A stretch of DNA of 64,000 bases, from NCBI GenBank assembly GCA_963714085.1, contig OY970229.1, forward strand, positions 1,024,001 through 1,088,000, given 5' to 3'. Source of the stretch: an uncultured Candidatus Micrarchaeota archaeon (GTDB lineage: Archaea; Micrarchaeota; Micrarchaeia; Anstonellales; Bilamarchaeaceae). The position numbers were made by a program, and so were the translations under genes. Under the pieces are notes generated by a model, which saw nothing but the letters and a program-made list of their open reading frames with translations, ran no database searches and was not told the DNA's origin. Of this stretch, positions 45,966-56,395 are shown piece by piece; position 1 is the stretch's first letter, and each line of letters starts with the position of its first letter.

Positions 45966-46475
45966 ATGGAGGCCGAGCAGGGGGATTCCACCTCTGGTGA
46001 GGGATCCGGCGAAATGTCGGACACTGAACGCGCAGTGCAAGCGCTCTCGCTCGCGGGCGAGATGCTGCATTCGGCCGAGCTCAAGAACTCGGAATCCAGC
46101 TACGAGGAGGCCATCGCGTTCGCGAGGGACAGCATGAGGCTCGCGTCCTCCGCGGTGCTTTTCCTGGACGGAAAGGTGGCGCCCGATTTTGACACCAGCT
46201 GCCGCTACCTCCGCGAGAAATACGGTGACATGCTCCACGTCGACGAGTGGCAGGAGGTGGAGCAGCTGTCGAAGATGGGGCTCGCCGAGCGGATCTGGGG
46301 CATTTTCAGCGCAGGCAAGAGGCTCCAGAAGGACGCGGAGAAGGCCCTGGAGTCCGCGGCCAGGTTCCTGGGGACCGTCACCGCGATAGTGGACGGATCC
46401 GCGCAGGAAGGGGAGGCTGCGGAAGAGGAGAAGCCCGCGGCACCCAAAGAGGAGCTTTACGGGGAAGCGTCCTGA
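45966..46475 (+). CDS. HEPN-like domain protein
   Basis: A.EML.SA....Y..AI..A..SM..AS.A.L...G and AEKALESA..F helices; no Rx4-6H. Confidence 0.6.
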   Translation: MEAEQGDSTSGEGSGEMSDTERAVQALSLAGEMLHSAELKNSESSYEEAIAFARDSMRLASSAVLFLDGKVAPDFDTSCRYLREKYGDMLHVDEWQEVEQLSKMGLAERIWGIFSAGKRLQKDAEKALESAARFLGTVTAIVDGSAQEGEAAEEEKPAAPKEELYGEAS

Positions 46476-46499
46476 ATACGATTCATCCGGTGCATCTTT

Positions 46500-49238
46500 A
46501 TGGACGTAGACAAGAATGAACTTCGCAGGCAGTTCGCGAAAGACTGGGAGACGCACTACAAGCTCAGGAGCCTCATGGAGAGGGGCTTCTCCAGGAGGAA
46601 ATGCAAGGCCTGCGGAAGGATGTTCTGGAGTCTGGAGGAGCGGGAGCGCTGCGGCGACTCGTCCTGCATCGGCTACCAGTTCATAGGCTCCACTCCGGTC
46701 AAGGGCAAGCTCGGCTACGTGGACACCTGGAAGACGATAGAGAAATACTTCACAAGCCACGGCCACGGCTACGTGAAGCCCTACCCGACGGTCGCCAGGT
46801 GGAGGGATGACCTCTATTTCACAATCGCATCCATCAATGATTTCCAGCCCTACGTCGTGAACGGCGAGCTGGACCCGCCACACAACCCGCTCATAGTGCC
46901 CCAGGCGTGCATCCGGTTCCCGGACATAAGCAACGTGGGCGTCTCCGGCAGGCACTACACCAACTTCGTCATGGTCGGGCAGCACGCGTTCAACACCAAG
47001 AAGACCGGGCTTTTCTACTGGAAGGACGAGGCCCTGGAGCACGACATCAACTACCTCACCGCGCTGGGCATCCCTGAGAAGGAGCTCATATTCCAGGAGG
47101 ACGTCTGGGCCGGAGGGGGCAACTACGGCCCGTGCATCGAGTATTTCGTGCGCGGGCTTGAGCTGGGCAACTGCGTCTTCATGCAGTACGAGTCCACGCC
47201 CACCGGCAACCGCGAGCTCAACACCAAGGTCATCGACATGGGCGCCGGCCTCGAGAGGCTCTCATGGATAACCAGCGGGGACCTGACGAGCTACGAGACG
47301 GTCTTCGGTCCCGTGATAGCCGAGATGAAGAAAGAGGCCGGAGTCTCTGTCCCTGAAGACCTGTTTGAGAGATACGCGAAGCTCGCCGGTTCGCTCAACG
47401 AGGACGAGGTCGCGGACATGGAGAAGGAGAAGGAGCGCGTGGCAGCGCTGCTTGGCATAGGGAAGAAGGAGCTCTTCGACACCGTCCTGCCGCTCCAGGC
47501 GCTCTACGCGTCCGCGGACCATCTCAAGACATCGCTCTTCTCAATAACCGACGGCATGCTCCCCTCCAATTCCGGAGGCGGATACAACATACGCATGCTG
47601 CTCCGCCGCGTGTTCGGCTTCGGCGAGCAGTTCGGCTACTCGCTCGATTACGGGAAAATCGTGGAGGCGCATGCGAGGCACGTGGCATACATGTACCCGC
47701 ACCTGAAAGACGGCGTCCCAACGGTGATGGACGTCATCGCGGAGGAGAGGAAGCGCTACGACGCCACGAAGGAGAAGGCGCGGCTCACGGTCATAAGCAT
47801 AGTCAAGAGGGCCAAGGCCGCCAAGCAGGGCGTTCCCACCAAGGAGCGCGAGAGCACCGGCAGCATAACTGCCAAAGAGCTGTCCACGCTCTACCGCTCC
47901 AACGGCATCGCGCCCGAATACGTCGTCGACATCGCCAAGGAGAACGGGGTGGACGTGCAGGTGCCGGGCAACTTCTACGCAGTGGTCCGCGAAGGCGAGG
48001 GGGAGTCGGAAGGGAAGCGGGGGGAGCAGGGCGTGAAGCTCCTGGCTGTCGACGTCGTCGACCTGCCCAGGACCAAGGACCTATATTATACGAAGGAGCG
48101 GATGTTCCGGGCGAAGATACTCGCGATCATCGCCGCGAAGTACGTGGTGCTCGACCAGACCGGGTTCTATCCGGAAGGCGGAGGCCAGGTGGCAGACACC
48201 GGCGCAATCGAAGCCTCGGGCTCGGTCTACCGCGTACTCAACACGCAGAAGACGGCCGGCGTGGTGCTCCACGAGGTCGAGAACGCGGCCAAGCTGAGAA
48301 AAGGCCAGGAGATAAGCGGCATAGTGGACATCGCGAGGCGGACCGCCATAGCGAGGCACCATACCTCCGCGCACCTGGTGAACGCCGCGTGCCGCGAGAT
48401 CCTCGGGCAGCACATCTGGCAGGCTGGCTCGCACAAGGACGACGAGAAGGGCCACCTCGACGTGACGCATTACAGGAAGATAACCCAGGCGGAGCTTAGG
48501 AAGATAGAGCTCAAGGTGAACGAGTACATAATGCTGGACTTGCCTATAGTCACCAATGTCCTGCCCCGCAACGAGGCCGAGAAGAGGTTCGGGTTCAGGC
48601 TCTACCAGGGCGGCGCGGTGCCGGGCAAGGAGCTGCGCGTGGTTTCGGTCGGGGACATAGACCACGAGGCATGCGGGGGCACGCACCAGATGCTCGATTC
48701 CACGGGTCAGATAGGCGCGCTCAAGATAGTCAAGCGCGAGGGCGTGCAGGACGGGGTGGAGCGCATAGTCTACAAGGCGGGCGCCGCCGCGATATCCTAC
48801 ATGCAGGAGAAAGAGGAGCTGCTCCGTTCGGCATCGGACGTGCTGGGCGTGAGCGATCCCGAGCTCGTGCAGACCGTGGAGCGTTTCTTCAGGGAATGGA
48901 AGGAGCAGCGCAAGTCGCTGGAGAAGCTCGGTAGCCAGATGGTCGGTTTCGAGGCCGAGGAGATCATCAAGCACGGCGTTGACAAGCCCGTGGTGCGGAC
49001 CCTGGAGCTGGACATCGCCATGCTCAGGCAGCTGGGCCAGCTGATAGCCGAGAGCGACGCTGCCGCGGCATGCGTCATGAACAAGGAGGGGAACATAATC
49101 TGCGCCGCGGGGAAGAACTCGAAATTCAGCGCCAAGGAGCTGCTCGCCGAGGCCGTGAAGCAGCTGGGCGGCACGGGCGGCGGTTCGGACCGCATCGCGC
49201 AGGGGAAAGTCGCGAAGGTCGCGGCGATAATCCTCTGA
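46500..49238 (+). CDS. alaS: Alanine--tRNA ligase
   Basis: Archaeal N-terminal Zn ribbon, ARWRDD, FYPEGGGQ, HHTSAH, EACGGTH, GGTGGG. Confidence 0.97.
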   Translation: MDVDKNELRRQFAKDWETHYKLRSLMERGFSRRKCKACGRMFWSLEERERCGDSSCIGYQFIGSTPVKGKLGYVDTWKTIEKYFTSHGHGYVKPYPTVARWRDDLYFTIASINDFQPYVVNGELDPPHNPLIVPQACIRFPDISNVGVSGRHYTNFVMVGQHAFNTKKTGLFYWKDEALEHDINYLTALGIPEKELIFQEDVWAGGGNYGPCIEYFVRGLELGNCVFMQYESTPTGNRELNTKVIDMGAGLERLSWITSGDLTSYETVFGPVIAEMKKEAGVSVPEDLFERYAKLAGSLNEDEVADMEKEKERVAALLGIGKKELFDTVLPLQALYASADHLKTSLFSITDGMLPSNSGGGYNIRMLLRRVFGFGEQFGYSLDYGKIVEAHARHVAYMYPHLKDGVPTVMDVIAEERKRYDATKEKARLTVISIVKRAKAAKQGVPTKERESTGSITAKELSTLYRSNGIAPEYVVDIAKENGVDVQVPGNFYAVVREGEGESEGKRGEQGVKLLAVDVVDLPRTKDLYYTKERMFRAKILAIIAAKYVVLDQTGFYPEGGGQVADTGAIEASGSVYRVLNTQKTAGVVLHEVENAAKLRKGQEISGIVDIARRTAIARHHTSAHLVNAACREILGQHIWQAGSHKDDEKGHLDVTHYRKITQAELRKIELKVNEYIMLDLPIVTNVLPRNEAEKRFGFRLYQGGAVPGKELRVVSVGDIDHEACGGTHQMLDSTGQIGALKIVKREGVQDGVERIVYKAGAAAISYMQEKEELLRSASDVLGVSDPELVQTVERFFREWKEQRKSLEKLGSQMVGFEAEEIIKHGVDKPVVRTLELDIAMLRQLGQLIAESDAAAACVMNKEGNIICAAGKNSKFSAKELLAEAVKQLGGTGGGSDRIAQGKVAKVAAIIL

Positions 49239-49241
49239 AGA

Positions 49242-49970
49242 TCATTTCTTCGCGAGCAGGCCCGGCTTTTTCAGGAACGCGAACTTCTCTGGATGCGAGT
49301 CGAACTCCGAGAGTATGTCCCTGCACGCGAAGCCGAACCTCTTGTTGAATTCGGCCGGTCCAGGACGGCCCATGTCCTTGACCACATAAGCCGCGTTCTG
49401 CTCGATGTTGCCGTCCGAGAGGTAGTAGAACGCCGCGCCCCTGTTCTCCTTGAACTCCGAGTAGTCCGGGTCGAAACAGTCCGCCACCAGGTTCGCGAGC
49501 ACCAGCGTGGTCTCCCCGGGATTTATCGTGACGTGGCTGTGGTTCGGAGGTATGAGCAGCACCTGCCCGGCCTCAGCCCTTATCATGCTGACATCCACGG
49601 AGCGGTCGTGGTTGGTGCGCTGGAGCAGGAATATCGCGGTGCCGCCGAGCACCTGGTAGACCTCCGGGTAGCCCAGGCCGCCCTCGGCGATCGGATGGCT
49701 GTGGCCGTAGGTCTTTGCGCACTCGTCAAGTATCACCCTGGACGGCATGACCGTGATGTCGAAGCGCATGCCGTCCTTCTTGTATACCTCCCTGAACATG
49801 TAGTAGATGTCCGGGTCGCCCTCGAAATCCGGCATGACCCTCCCCCTTAGCACGTCCCGCAGCTCGGAGAGCTTCCGCGCGTCCCTCTTGTGGGGTTTGC
49901 CGTCTACGAAGACCTGGTCGTCCGCCAGCTCCACCCTCACAGGCTTCTCATAAAGAGTCCGCATGCTCAA
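49242..49970 (-). CDS. Cupin-type glucose-6-phosphate isomerase
   Basis: YYMFR, KTYGHSH, YPEVY, IPPNHSHVTIN, RGAAFY. Confidence 0.9.
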   Translation of the reverse strand: MSMRTLYEKPVRVELADDQVFVDGKPHKRDARKLSELRDVLRGRVMPDFEGDPDIYYMFREVYKKDGMRFDITVMPSRVILDECAKTYGHSHPIAEGGLGYPEVYQVLGGTAIFLLQRTNHDRSVDVSMIRAEAGQVLLIPPNHSHVTINPGETTLVLANLVADCFDPDYSEFKENRGAAFYYLSDGNIEQNAAYVVKDMGRPGPAEFNKRFGFACRDILSEFDSHPEKFAFLKKPGLLAKK

Positions 49971-50361
49971 CTACCCGCTTCATCCTTCCGAACTCGTTCC
50001 TCTTCTCCATGGGCTTCTTCACCCTGAGCTTCTGCTTCCTCATGCGCTTGAGCAGCAGCTTCAGCAGCAATACGAAACCGAGGTTTTTAATGCCCTCAGC
50101 CTCGAGCCCGAGCTCTATGCGGGAGACCGCCTTCGTGGTCCCTATGAGGAACGACGCGTCTATCGCACCGCTTCCGTCGAATGACATGAGCTGCTCGTAC
50201 AGGGCGTGCTTCATGACCTGGAGCTCCTTGCGCAGGCGCATGAGCTTGACGTTCTCCGGCTCCATGTCCAGGGGGATGTCTATGGGGAACGCTATCAGCG
50301 TCCTTGCGACGTAATCCCAGCCCTCGCTCTCGATGGTCTCGTGTGGGACGACTGGTTGCAT
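49948..50361 (-). CDS. Hypothetical protein (start MQPVVP; ORF also open upstream to the IS right-end copy)
   Basis: GC3-rich codons; TTTTTTTAA TATA-like sequence ~25 nt upstream of ATG 50361. Confidence 0.55.
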   Translation of the reverse strand: MQPVVPHETIESEGWDYVARTLIAFPIDIPLDMEPENVKLMRLRKELQVMKHALYEQLMSFDGSGAIDASFLIGTTKAVSRIELGLEAEGIKNLGFVLLLKLLLKRMRKQKLRVKKPMEKRNEFGRMKRVVEHADSL

Positions 50362-50568
50362 GGGGGGAGATTGGACACGCAAGGTTAAAAAAATCCTCTG
50401 GCGGACACGGGTGGGATTAGCCGGCAGCTTCATGTCCCCTTTGAAGCCCGCCTCAAGCGCCCCGAATCTCTGCGACAACCCGGTCGAGAGGCACGAGCCC
50501 GTCCACTTCACCGCGCTGAAATCCATGAAGACGTCCACAACGCCGTAATCGTTGTCCTTGTAGTGCGG

Positions 50569-50676
50569 GCCGGGAAGTGAAGCCTGCGGAGACGAGACCT
50601 CTGCTAGTTATAAGCATAACTGGCAAGTATCTTCAGGGAAGCAGGAAGCCCATGCATTTAGGCACGGGTAGTTCAC
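50569..50676 (+). mobile_element. Orphan IS200/IS605 right end / omega-RNA scaffold homologous to 36707-36814
   Basis: Ungapped 108-nt alignment, 94 identical positions by manual count; ends GTAGTTCAC; no tnpB or left end adjacent. Confidence 0.9.
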
Positions 50677-50687
50677 AAATAATCGCG

Positions 50688-51239
50688 CTATTTTTTCGCA
50701 CCGAACGCCGCGACGACAGTGTATCTCGGCGCCGTCCCTGGCTTCAGCTCGGAACGCATGAGATAGAACTCCTCTACATCGAACGCGCCGAACTCTTCAT
50801 CGGAATGCTTCCGCAGGAACTCCTTCACGTCGATTTTCCTTTTCACGCGCGCAATGGTCAGGTGCGCGGAGAAGCCGCGCGCCTCCTCCTTTCCGATCCC
50901 ACGCAGCGCTCCGATCACTTTCTCAGCGAGCGCGTCCAGCTCCGGACTCTTCGCTCCGGCCCATACCACGCGGACGTAGCTCTCGTCCGGGAATACGCCG
51001 GTCCCTCTGAGCGGGACCGTGAACCTCCCGAACTCCACGCCCCGCAGCCTGCGTTCGATCTCGCCGACCGCGCGCTCCGGGACCTCTCCGATGAACCTGA
51101 GCGTGAGGTGCATGTTGTCAGGCCTCACAGGGGTTATCGCGTCCTGCGGCAGCTCCTGCGCGAGCTCCGCGATCCTCTCCCGCAGCCCGCGCGGGGCCTC
51201 CACGGAAACAAACAGCCTCTCCCCGCCTCCAAGCGCCAT
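50688..51239 (-). CDS. thpR: RNA 2',3'-cyclic phosphodiesterase (2H family)
   Basis: RLFVSV, HLTL and HLTI 2H motifs, SEL..G..PRY. Confidence 0.93.
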   Translation of the reverse strand: MALGGGERLFVSVEAPRGLRERIAELAQELPQDAITPVRPDNMHLTLRFIGEVPERAVGEIERRLRGVEFGRFTVPLRGTGVFPDESYVRVVWAGAKSPELDALAEKVIGALRGIGKEEARGFSAHLTIARVKRKIDVKEFLRKHSDEEFGAFDVEEFYLMRSELKPGTAPRYTVVAAFGAKK

Positions 51240-51275
51240 AACCCTTTTTTAAATGGCGCCGGGTAATAAAATCCT

Positions 51276-52535
51276 ATGGTCGGGGAGTCAGCCAAGCCCA
51301 GCGGCAACGAGACGTTCTGCTCCGAGGAGTCGTCCATATCCCTCACGTTCTCGTCCGGCGAGATGAAATCCAAGGAGCAGACCGACGAGAAGGGCTATGG
51401 CATCCGCGTGTTCAAAGACGGCAGGCTCGGGTTCTCCTACTGCGAGAGCGAAGCGGGCATAGCAAGGGCGCAGGAGCTAGCGGCCTCGCTCTCCGCCTAT
51501 TCGCCGAAGACCGGGTTCTCGTTCGCGCCCAAGGCCGCTTATCCGACCCTGGAGCTGGTCGACCAGAAGATAGCCTCCCTCGGCGCCTCGGAGATGGAGG
51601 CCATGCTGGGCCAGATGCGCGAAGGCGCGCAGAAGCACGTGCCCAAGCCGCGCATCATGCTTTCGGCAGGCACCGCCGCGATAAGCCTCGAGAACAGCGA
51701 GGGCTTCTCAGGCTCCTACCGCTCGTCCGCATTCTCCGCCTATGTGGAGGCCATGGACGGGGACGGGTATGGCTTCTCGTATTTCGAGGGCATCTCTCTG
51801 CCGGACGATCCCGCGGCCCTGGGGGAGAAGGCCGGGGCAATGGCCAAGGCGATGAGGAGCGCCAAGAAGCTCGAGCCCGGCCTCTACGACATAGTGTTCG
51901 AGCTCACCGCGCTCGAGGACGTGCTCAGCGTCCTGTTCCCGTCATTGTCAGGGGAGTGGAAACGGAAGCGCACCTCGCTGCTCGCGGAAAAGCTGGGGGA
52001 GCAGGTCTTCAACCCGGCGTTGAGCATCCATGACGACCCGCTGGCCCGGGCGAGCGCCGCGAGGCCGTTCGACGACGAGGGCACGGTGTCCAGGCGCATC
52101 CCGCTCATAGAGAAGGGGGTCCTGAGGAATTTCATCTACGACCGGGAGACCGCCGCGCTCGAGGGCGTGGACGCATGCGGCTTCTGCTCCAGGCAGGGCT
52201 TCACGTCGCCACCCGGCGCGGGGCGCTCGAACGTGGACATAGCGGCCGGCGACTACGATGATCTGGAGCAGGAGCTGGACGGCTGCGTCGTTGTGCACGC
52301 GCTGCACGGCGCCCACACCGCGAACACCACGACCGGGGATTTCGGGCTCGAGGTCAACGTCGCGTTCCACAGGCCGGCCAAGGGTGCCGCGCAGGTGCCG
52401 GTCCGCGGTTTCCTCATCAGCGGTAACATATTTAAACTGCTGAATGGCAATCTATGTCTCGAGAAGAGAAGGGAGACGGTGGGCGGCATGATCGCGCCGC
52501 GCATCGCTTTCAAGGGAGTGCAGGTGATATCCTGA
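51276..52535 (+). CDS. TldD/PmbA family protein
   Basis: [34 protein letters not shown]. Confidence 0.9.
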   Translation: MVGESAKPSGNETFCSEESSISLTFSSGEMKSKEQTDEKGYGIRVFKDGRLGFSYCESEAGIARAQELAASLSAYSPKTGFSFAPKAAYPTLELVDQKIASLGASEMEAMLGQMREGAQKHVPKPRIMLSAGTAAISLENSEGFSGSYRSSAFSAYVEAMDGDGYGFSYFEGISLPDDPAALGEKAGAMAKAMRSAKKLEPGLYDIVFELTALEDVLSVLFPSLSGEWKRKRTSLLAEKLGEQVFNPALSIHDDPLARASAARPFDDEGTVSRRIPLIEKGVLRNFIYDRETAALEGVDACGFCSRQGFTSPPGAGRSNVDIAAGDYDDLEQELDGCVVVHALHGAHTANTTTGDFGLEVNVAFHRPAKGAAQVPVRGFLISGNIFKLLNGNLCLEKRRETVGGMIAPRIAFKGVQVIS

Positions 52536-54520
52536 GGCAGTTCAAGACTACGGAAGAGATTGAGGTCCCGAAGAAGATCATAGACCAGGTCGTGGGCCAG
52601 GACGCCGCGGTGCAGATAATCAAGAAGGCCGCGGCCCAGAAAAGGAACGTGCTGCTCATCGGCCCGCCCGGGACAGGCAAGTCCATGCTTGCCCAGGCCA
52701 TGGCCGAGCTGCTCCCGCTGGAGGAGCTCACGGACGTCGTAGCCATCCCGAACGAGAACAACGAGAACCAGCCGCGCATAGAGGTCGTGAAGACATATCC
52801 CGATTTCGATTATCTCACCAAGCACAAGGAATTCAGGGAATACTACACACCGCAGGAGGTCGCCGCGCTGCAGGCTGCGGCGAAGAAGGGGGGCTCGCGG
52901 CCCGCGCTGCTAAGGATCGGGCTCGGGAGGCGCATAACCACCATAAACAAGGCCATAGACGCCCAGCGCCAGGTGTCGCCCGCGATCGTGTTCGGGTTCC
53001 TCATCCTGATATCGGTGGCGATATGGTTCTTCACCGACCTGCCGGACAACACCAAACTATTCATCGCAGGCGTACTGCTCTTCATAGGCGTGCTCTACGC
53101 GTTCTCGAACGCGTTCTCCGGGCTCAAGCGCGGCATGAGCCCCCAGGAGGCGGGCAGGCCGAAGCTCATAGTGGACAACACCGAGAAATCCGAGGCTCCG
53201 TTCGTGGACGCCACCGGGACCAGGTCCGGCGCGCTGCTCGGTGATGTGCGCCACGATCCGCTCCAGAGCGGCGGCCTCGGCACCCCACCGCACCTCCGCG
53301 TGGAGGCAGGGGCCATCCACAGGGCGAACAAGGGCGTGCTCTTCATAGACGAGATCGCGTCGCTCAAGCTCAACTGGCAGCAGGAGCTGCTCACGGCCAT
53401 GCAGGAGAAGAAATACCCGATAACCGGCCAGAGCGAGATGAGCTCCGGCGCGCTGGTGAAGACCGAGCCGGTCCCAACGGATTTCGTGCTCGTGGCGGCC
53501 GGTAACCTGCCGGACATGCAGCAGATCCACCCTGCGCTGCGCTCGCGCATACGGGGCGGCGGCTACGAGGTCTACGTGGAGGACACCATGGCGGACACGC
53601 CAGCCAACGAGGACAAGCTCGTCCAGTTCGTGGCCCAGGAGGTCAGGAAGGACGGCAAGATACCGCATTTCACCTACGCCGCGGTCCACGAGATCATAGA
53701 GGAGGCCAGGCGCTACGCAGGCCGCAAGAAGAAGTTCACGCTCAACCTCCGCGAACTCGGAGGCCTCGTGCGTGCGGCCGGGGACGTGGCCAGGGAGGAG
53801 AACGCCCCCTACGTGGACGTCAAGCACGTGACCAAGGCCAAGACGATATTCAAGTCCATAGAGACCCAGCTGAGCAGCAAGCTCATAGAGCAGAAGAAGG
53901 AGTACCAGACCGTGCTGACGACGGGCGCCTCGGTCGGAAGGGTGAACGGCCTCGCGGTGCTGGGCAATTCCGCTGCGGGCCTCGTGCTCCCGATAGTGGC
54001 GGACATGACCCCCGCCGCGTCCAGGAGCGAGGGCAAGGTCATCGCGACCGGCAAGCTGGGCCAGATAGCCAAGGAGGCGGTGGAGAACGTGACCGCCATC
54101 ATCAAGAAGCACATCGGCACCGACATATCCAGGACCGACATCCATATCCAGTTCCTCCAGACCTACGAGGGGCTCGAGGGCGACAGCGCTTCTATTTCCA
54201 CGGCGGTGGCCGTGATATCCGCCATGGCCGGGATACCCGTCGAGCAGTCCGTGGCCATGACCGGCTCGCTGGATGTCCGCGGCGACGTGCTGCCCGTGGG
54301 AGGGGTGACCTCCAAGATAGAGGCTGCCATAGACACCGGGCTCAAGAAGGTGCTCATACCGAAATCCAACCTCGAGGACGTCTACCTCGCCGCGGACCGC
54401 AAGAAGCGCATCGAGATAATCCCCGTGGAAAACATCGTCGAGGTCCTGGAGCACTCGCTCAAAGACTGCAAGGAGAAGGACAAGCTGATAAAGCAGATGT
54501 CGAAGCAGTTCAAGAAGTGA
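52454..54520 (+). CDS. lonB: Membrane-bound ATP-dependent protease LonB (start may be CTG 52532)
   Basis: GPPGTGKS, two TM helices, [22 protein letters not shown]. Confidence 0.96.
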   Translation: MSREEKGDGGRHDRAAHRFQGSAGDILRQFKTTEEIEVPKKIIDQVVGQDAAVQIIKKAAAQKRNVLLIGPPGTGKSMLAQAMAELLPLEELTDVVAIPNENNENQPRIEVVKTYPDFDYLTKHKEFREYYTPQEVAALQAAAKKGGSRPALLRIGLGRRITTINKAIDAQRQVSPAIVFGFLILISVAIWFFTDLPDNTKLFIAGVLLFIGVLYAFSNAFSGLKRGMSPQEAGRPKLIVDNTEKSEAPFVDATGTRSGALLGDVRHDPLQSGGLGTPPHLRVEAGAIHRANKGVLFIDEIASLKLNWQQELLTAMQEKKYPITGQSEMSSGALVKTEPVPTDFVLVAAGNLPDMQQIHPALRSRIRGGGYEVYVEDTMADTPANEDKLVQFVAQEVRKDGKIPHFTYAAVHEIIEEARRYAGRKKKFTLNLRELGGLVRAAGDVAREENAPYVDVKHVTKAKTIFKSIETQLSSKLIEQKKEYQTVLTTGASVGRVNGLAVLGNSAAGLVLPIVADMTPAASRSEGKVIATGKLGQIAKEAVENVTAIIKKHIGTDISRTDIHIQFLQTYEGLEGDSASISTAVAVISAMAGIPVEQSVAMTGSLDVRGDVLPVGGVTSKIEAAIDTGLKKVLIPKSNLEDVYLAADRKKRIEIIPVENIVEVLEHSLKDCKEKDKLIKQMSKQFKK

Positions 54521-54521
54521 G

Positions 54522-55763
54522 CTATTCCCCTGCCTTTAGCACCACGTTCTCCCCTATGGCGCTTATGGCCGCGAAGGGCATCGCGTATTTCTTCTCGAAC
54601 ACGGTCTGTATCACCAGGTTGCCCTTGGCGCCGTCCACTCCGACTATCCTGCCGAGGTACGTGCCGTGCTCGTTCACCGCCTCCTTGCCCTCCAGTTTCA
54701 TGTTGAGGACTATGTCCTTCCTTATGGAGGTGATTATCCTGGTGCTCAGGTAGCCTATCACCAGCGCGGCCGCGAGCGTGAAGAGAAAGTCGCCGAAGCT
54801 CACATACGGCGGGCTGATGTTGAGCACCCATTCGCTGCCTATCTTGAGCACGGTCATGGCGAGAGTGAATCCGACGACGTAGAGCGCGTAGGTGGTCACC
54901 GCGTACTTCCTCTTGTCGCTGAGCGCGTCCGCGGTCTTACCCGCGATGAGCACGAGGGAGGCGATGAGCACCACCCAGACCATGGAGCCGACCACGTAGG
55001 CGAGCATCTTCTCGTTGGTGAGGCCGAGCTTGGCGCCATCCAGGAAGGTCTGGTAGCCTATCAGCGCCCCGACGAGCAGCAGCGCGTAGCCGCATATGTA
55101 GGCTATCCAGCTCATCTTCTCTATGGAGAACCTGAAGTCCTTCATCGTGCCGGCGAGCGCCTCGTCTATGCCGAACCCCTTCATTATCAGGAACAGCCCG
55201 ACCACGATGCCGGCCGGCTGCCAGCCGAGGCCGAGCGCGCTGGACACCGAGAAGAGGAGTATGAGCAGCGCGGGCACGCCTATGAAGAGCCGGGCGTAGT
55301 GCGGGTCCCGCAGCTTCTCCAGGAGCACGAAATATGTCTTCTCCAGCTCCTTGGCCTGCTTGATGAATATTATCTTGGTCGAGTCTATCTTGAGCCTGGA
55401 GTTCACTATGGGCACGATCTCCTCGTCGGACGCGCCGTCCGAGACCAGCACGCACGAGACGGGGTTGAGCTCCCTCACTATCCTGTCCAGCTGCGCCGAT
55501 ATCTCCCGGTCCGCGCTGTAGCCCATGAGCTTGTTGCCGGTGAGCGTGACGATCTCGGCCTCCCGGCCCTCCTTGCGCATCTGGTCGCATATCTTGATGG
55601 CGTAGAATATGGCGTTGCTGTCTGGGTCCTCCGGGTCGGCCAGAGCCAGCCGCGTGGCCCCGTCCACGTTGTTCTCCCTGCCTATGAGAGGCCCGCTGAC
55701 CTTCGCCTTCTCGTAGAGGTCGTTGTCGCGGTCGACGCATAGGACTAAGATGGGCCTTTTCAT
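54522..55763 (-). CDS. DUF373 family membrane protein with C-terminal PRC-barrel
   Basis: LCVDRDNDL, DPEDPDSN, SDGASDE; C-terminal GTYLGRIV..ISAIGENVVL. Confidence 0.88.
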   Translation of the reverse strand: MKRPILVLCVDRDNDLYEKAKVSGPLIGRENNVDGATRLALADPEDPDSNAIFYAIKICDQMRKEGREAEIVTLTGNKLMGYSADREISAQLDRIVRELNPVSCVLVSDGASDEEIVPIVNSRLKIDSTKIIFIKQAKELEKTYFVLLEKLRDPHYARLFIGVPALLILLFSVSSALGLGWQPAGIVVGLFLIMKGFGIDEALAGTMKDFRFSIEKMSWIAYICGYALLLVGALIGYQTFLDGAKLGLTNEKMLAYVVGSMVWVVLIASLVLIAGKTADALSDKRKYAVTTYALYVVGFTLAMTVLKIGSEWVLNISPPYVSFGDFLFTLAAALVIGYLSTRIITSIRKDIVLNMKLEGKEAVNEHGTYLGRIVGVDGAKGNLVIQTVFEKKYAMPFAAISAIGENVVLKAGE

Positions 55764-55819
55764 ATGGCTATATTGGGCTTCCCCTTGTTTTTAAATTCTT
55801 CCCTAGCAAATCCATCCCC

Positions 55820-56390
55820 ATGGGAGAAACAAAGAAGACAGTACTGCCAGGCGAATACATCGCCGGCGCGGAAGAAGTGGTCCCCGGCGAGAACACCTAT
55901 TCGGAGAACGACGAGGTGTACTCCTCCGCCTTCGGAGAGATCAGGGAGCGGGAGCGCAGGGTCGAGGTATCCTGGGACAAGACCAGGCACATGGCGCAGG
56001 TCAAGGTGGGATTGGAGCTCTACTGCATGGTGCGCAAGGTCAGCTCGACCAAGGCGTTCCTGGACTGTACACCGGTCGCAGACTCCGACAAGAGCGGCTC
56101 CGCCATAGAGGTATCTGCCGTCCTGCCGGTCACCGCGATAAGGAACAACTACGTGCGGGACATGCGGGACGAGGTCCGGACCGGTGACATCATAAAGGCG
56201 AGGATAGCCAAGATTGAGCGGGCCGGAGTGGACGTGTCCGTGAACGCGCCAGACTGCGGCGTGGTGAAGGCATACTGCAGCAGCTGCAGGTCCGGAATGG
56301 ATTTAAAAAATGGCGGTCTTATCTGTAGTAATTGCGGAAGGAAGGAGAGCAGGAAGATGTCTTCTCGAGTATCCGTCCGCCTCAGCGTGA
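55820..56390 (+). CDS. csl4: Exosome complex RNA-binding protein Csl4 (as sequenced, reads through in frame into rpoL)
   Basis: VLPGEYI, GDIIKARI, GVVKAYCSSC..CSNCG..E.RK. Confidence 0.9.
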
Positions 56391-56395
56391 TTTTT

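Noticed and set aside
50577..51266. 229-aa plus-strand ORF starting in the orphan right end
   Set aside because: Antisense to thpR; its start only reflects non-coding IS end sequence.
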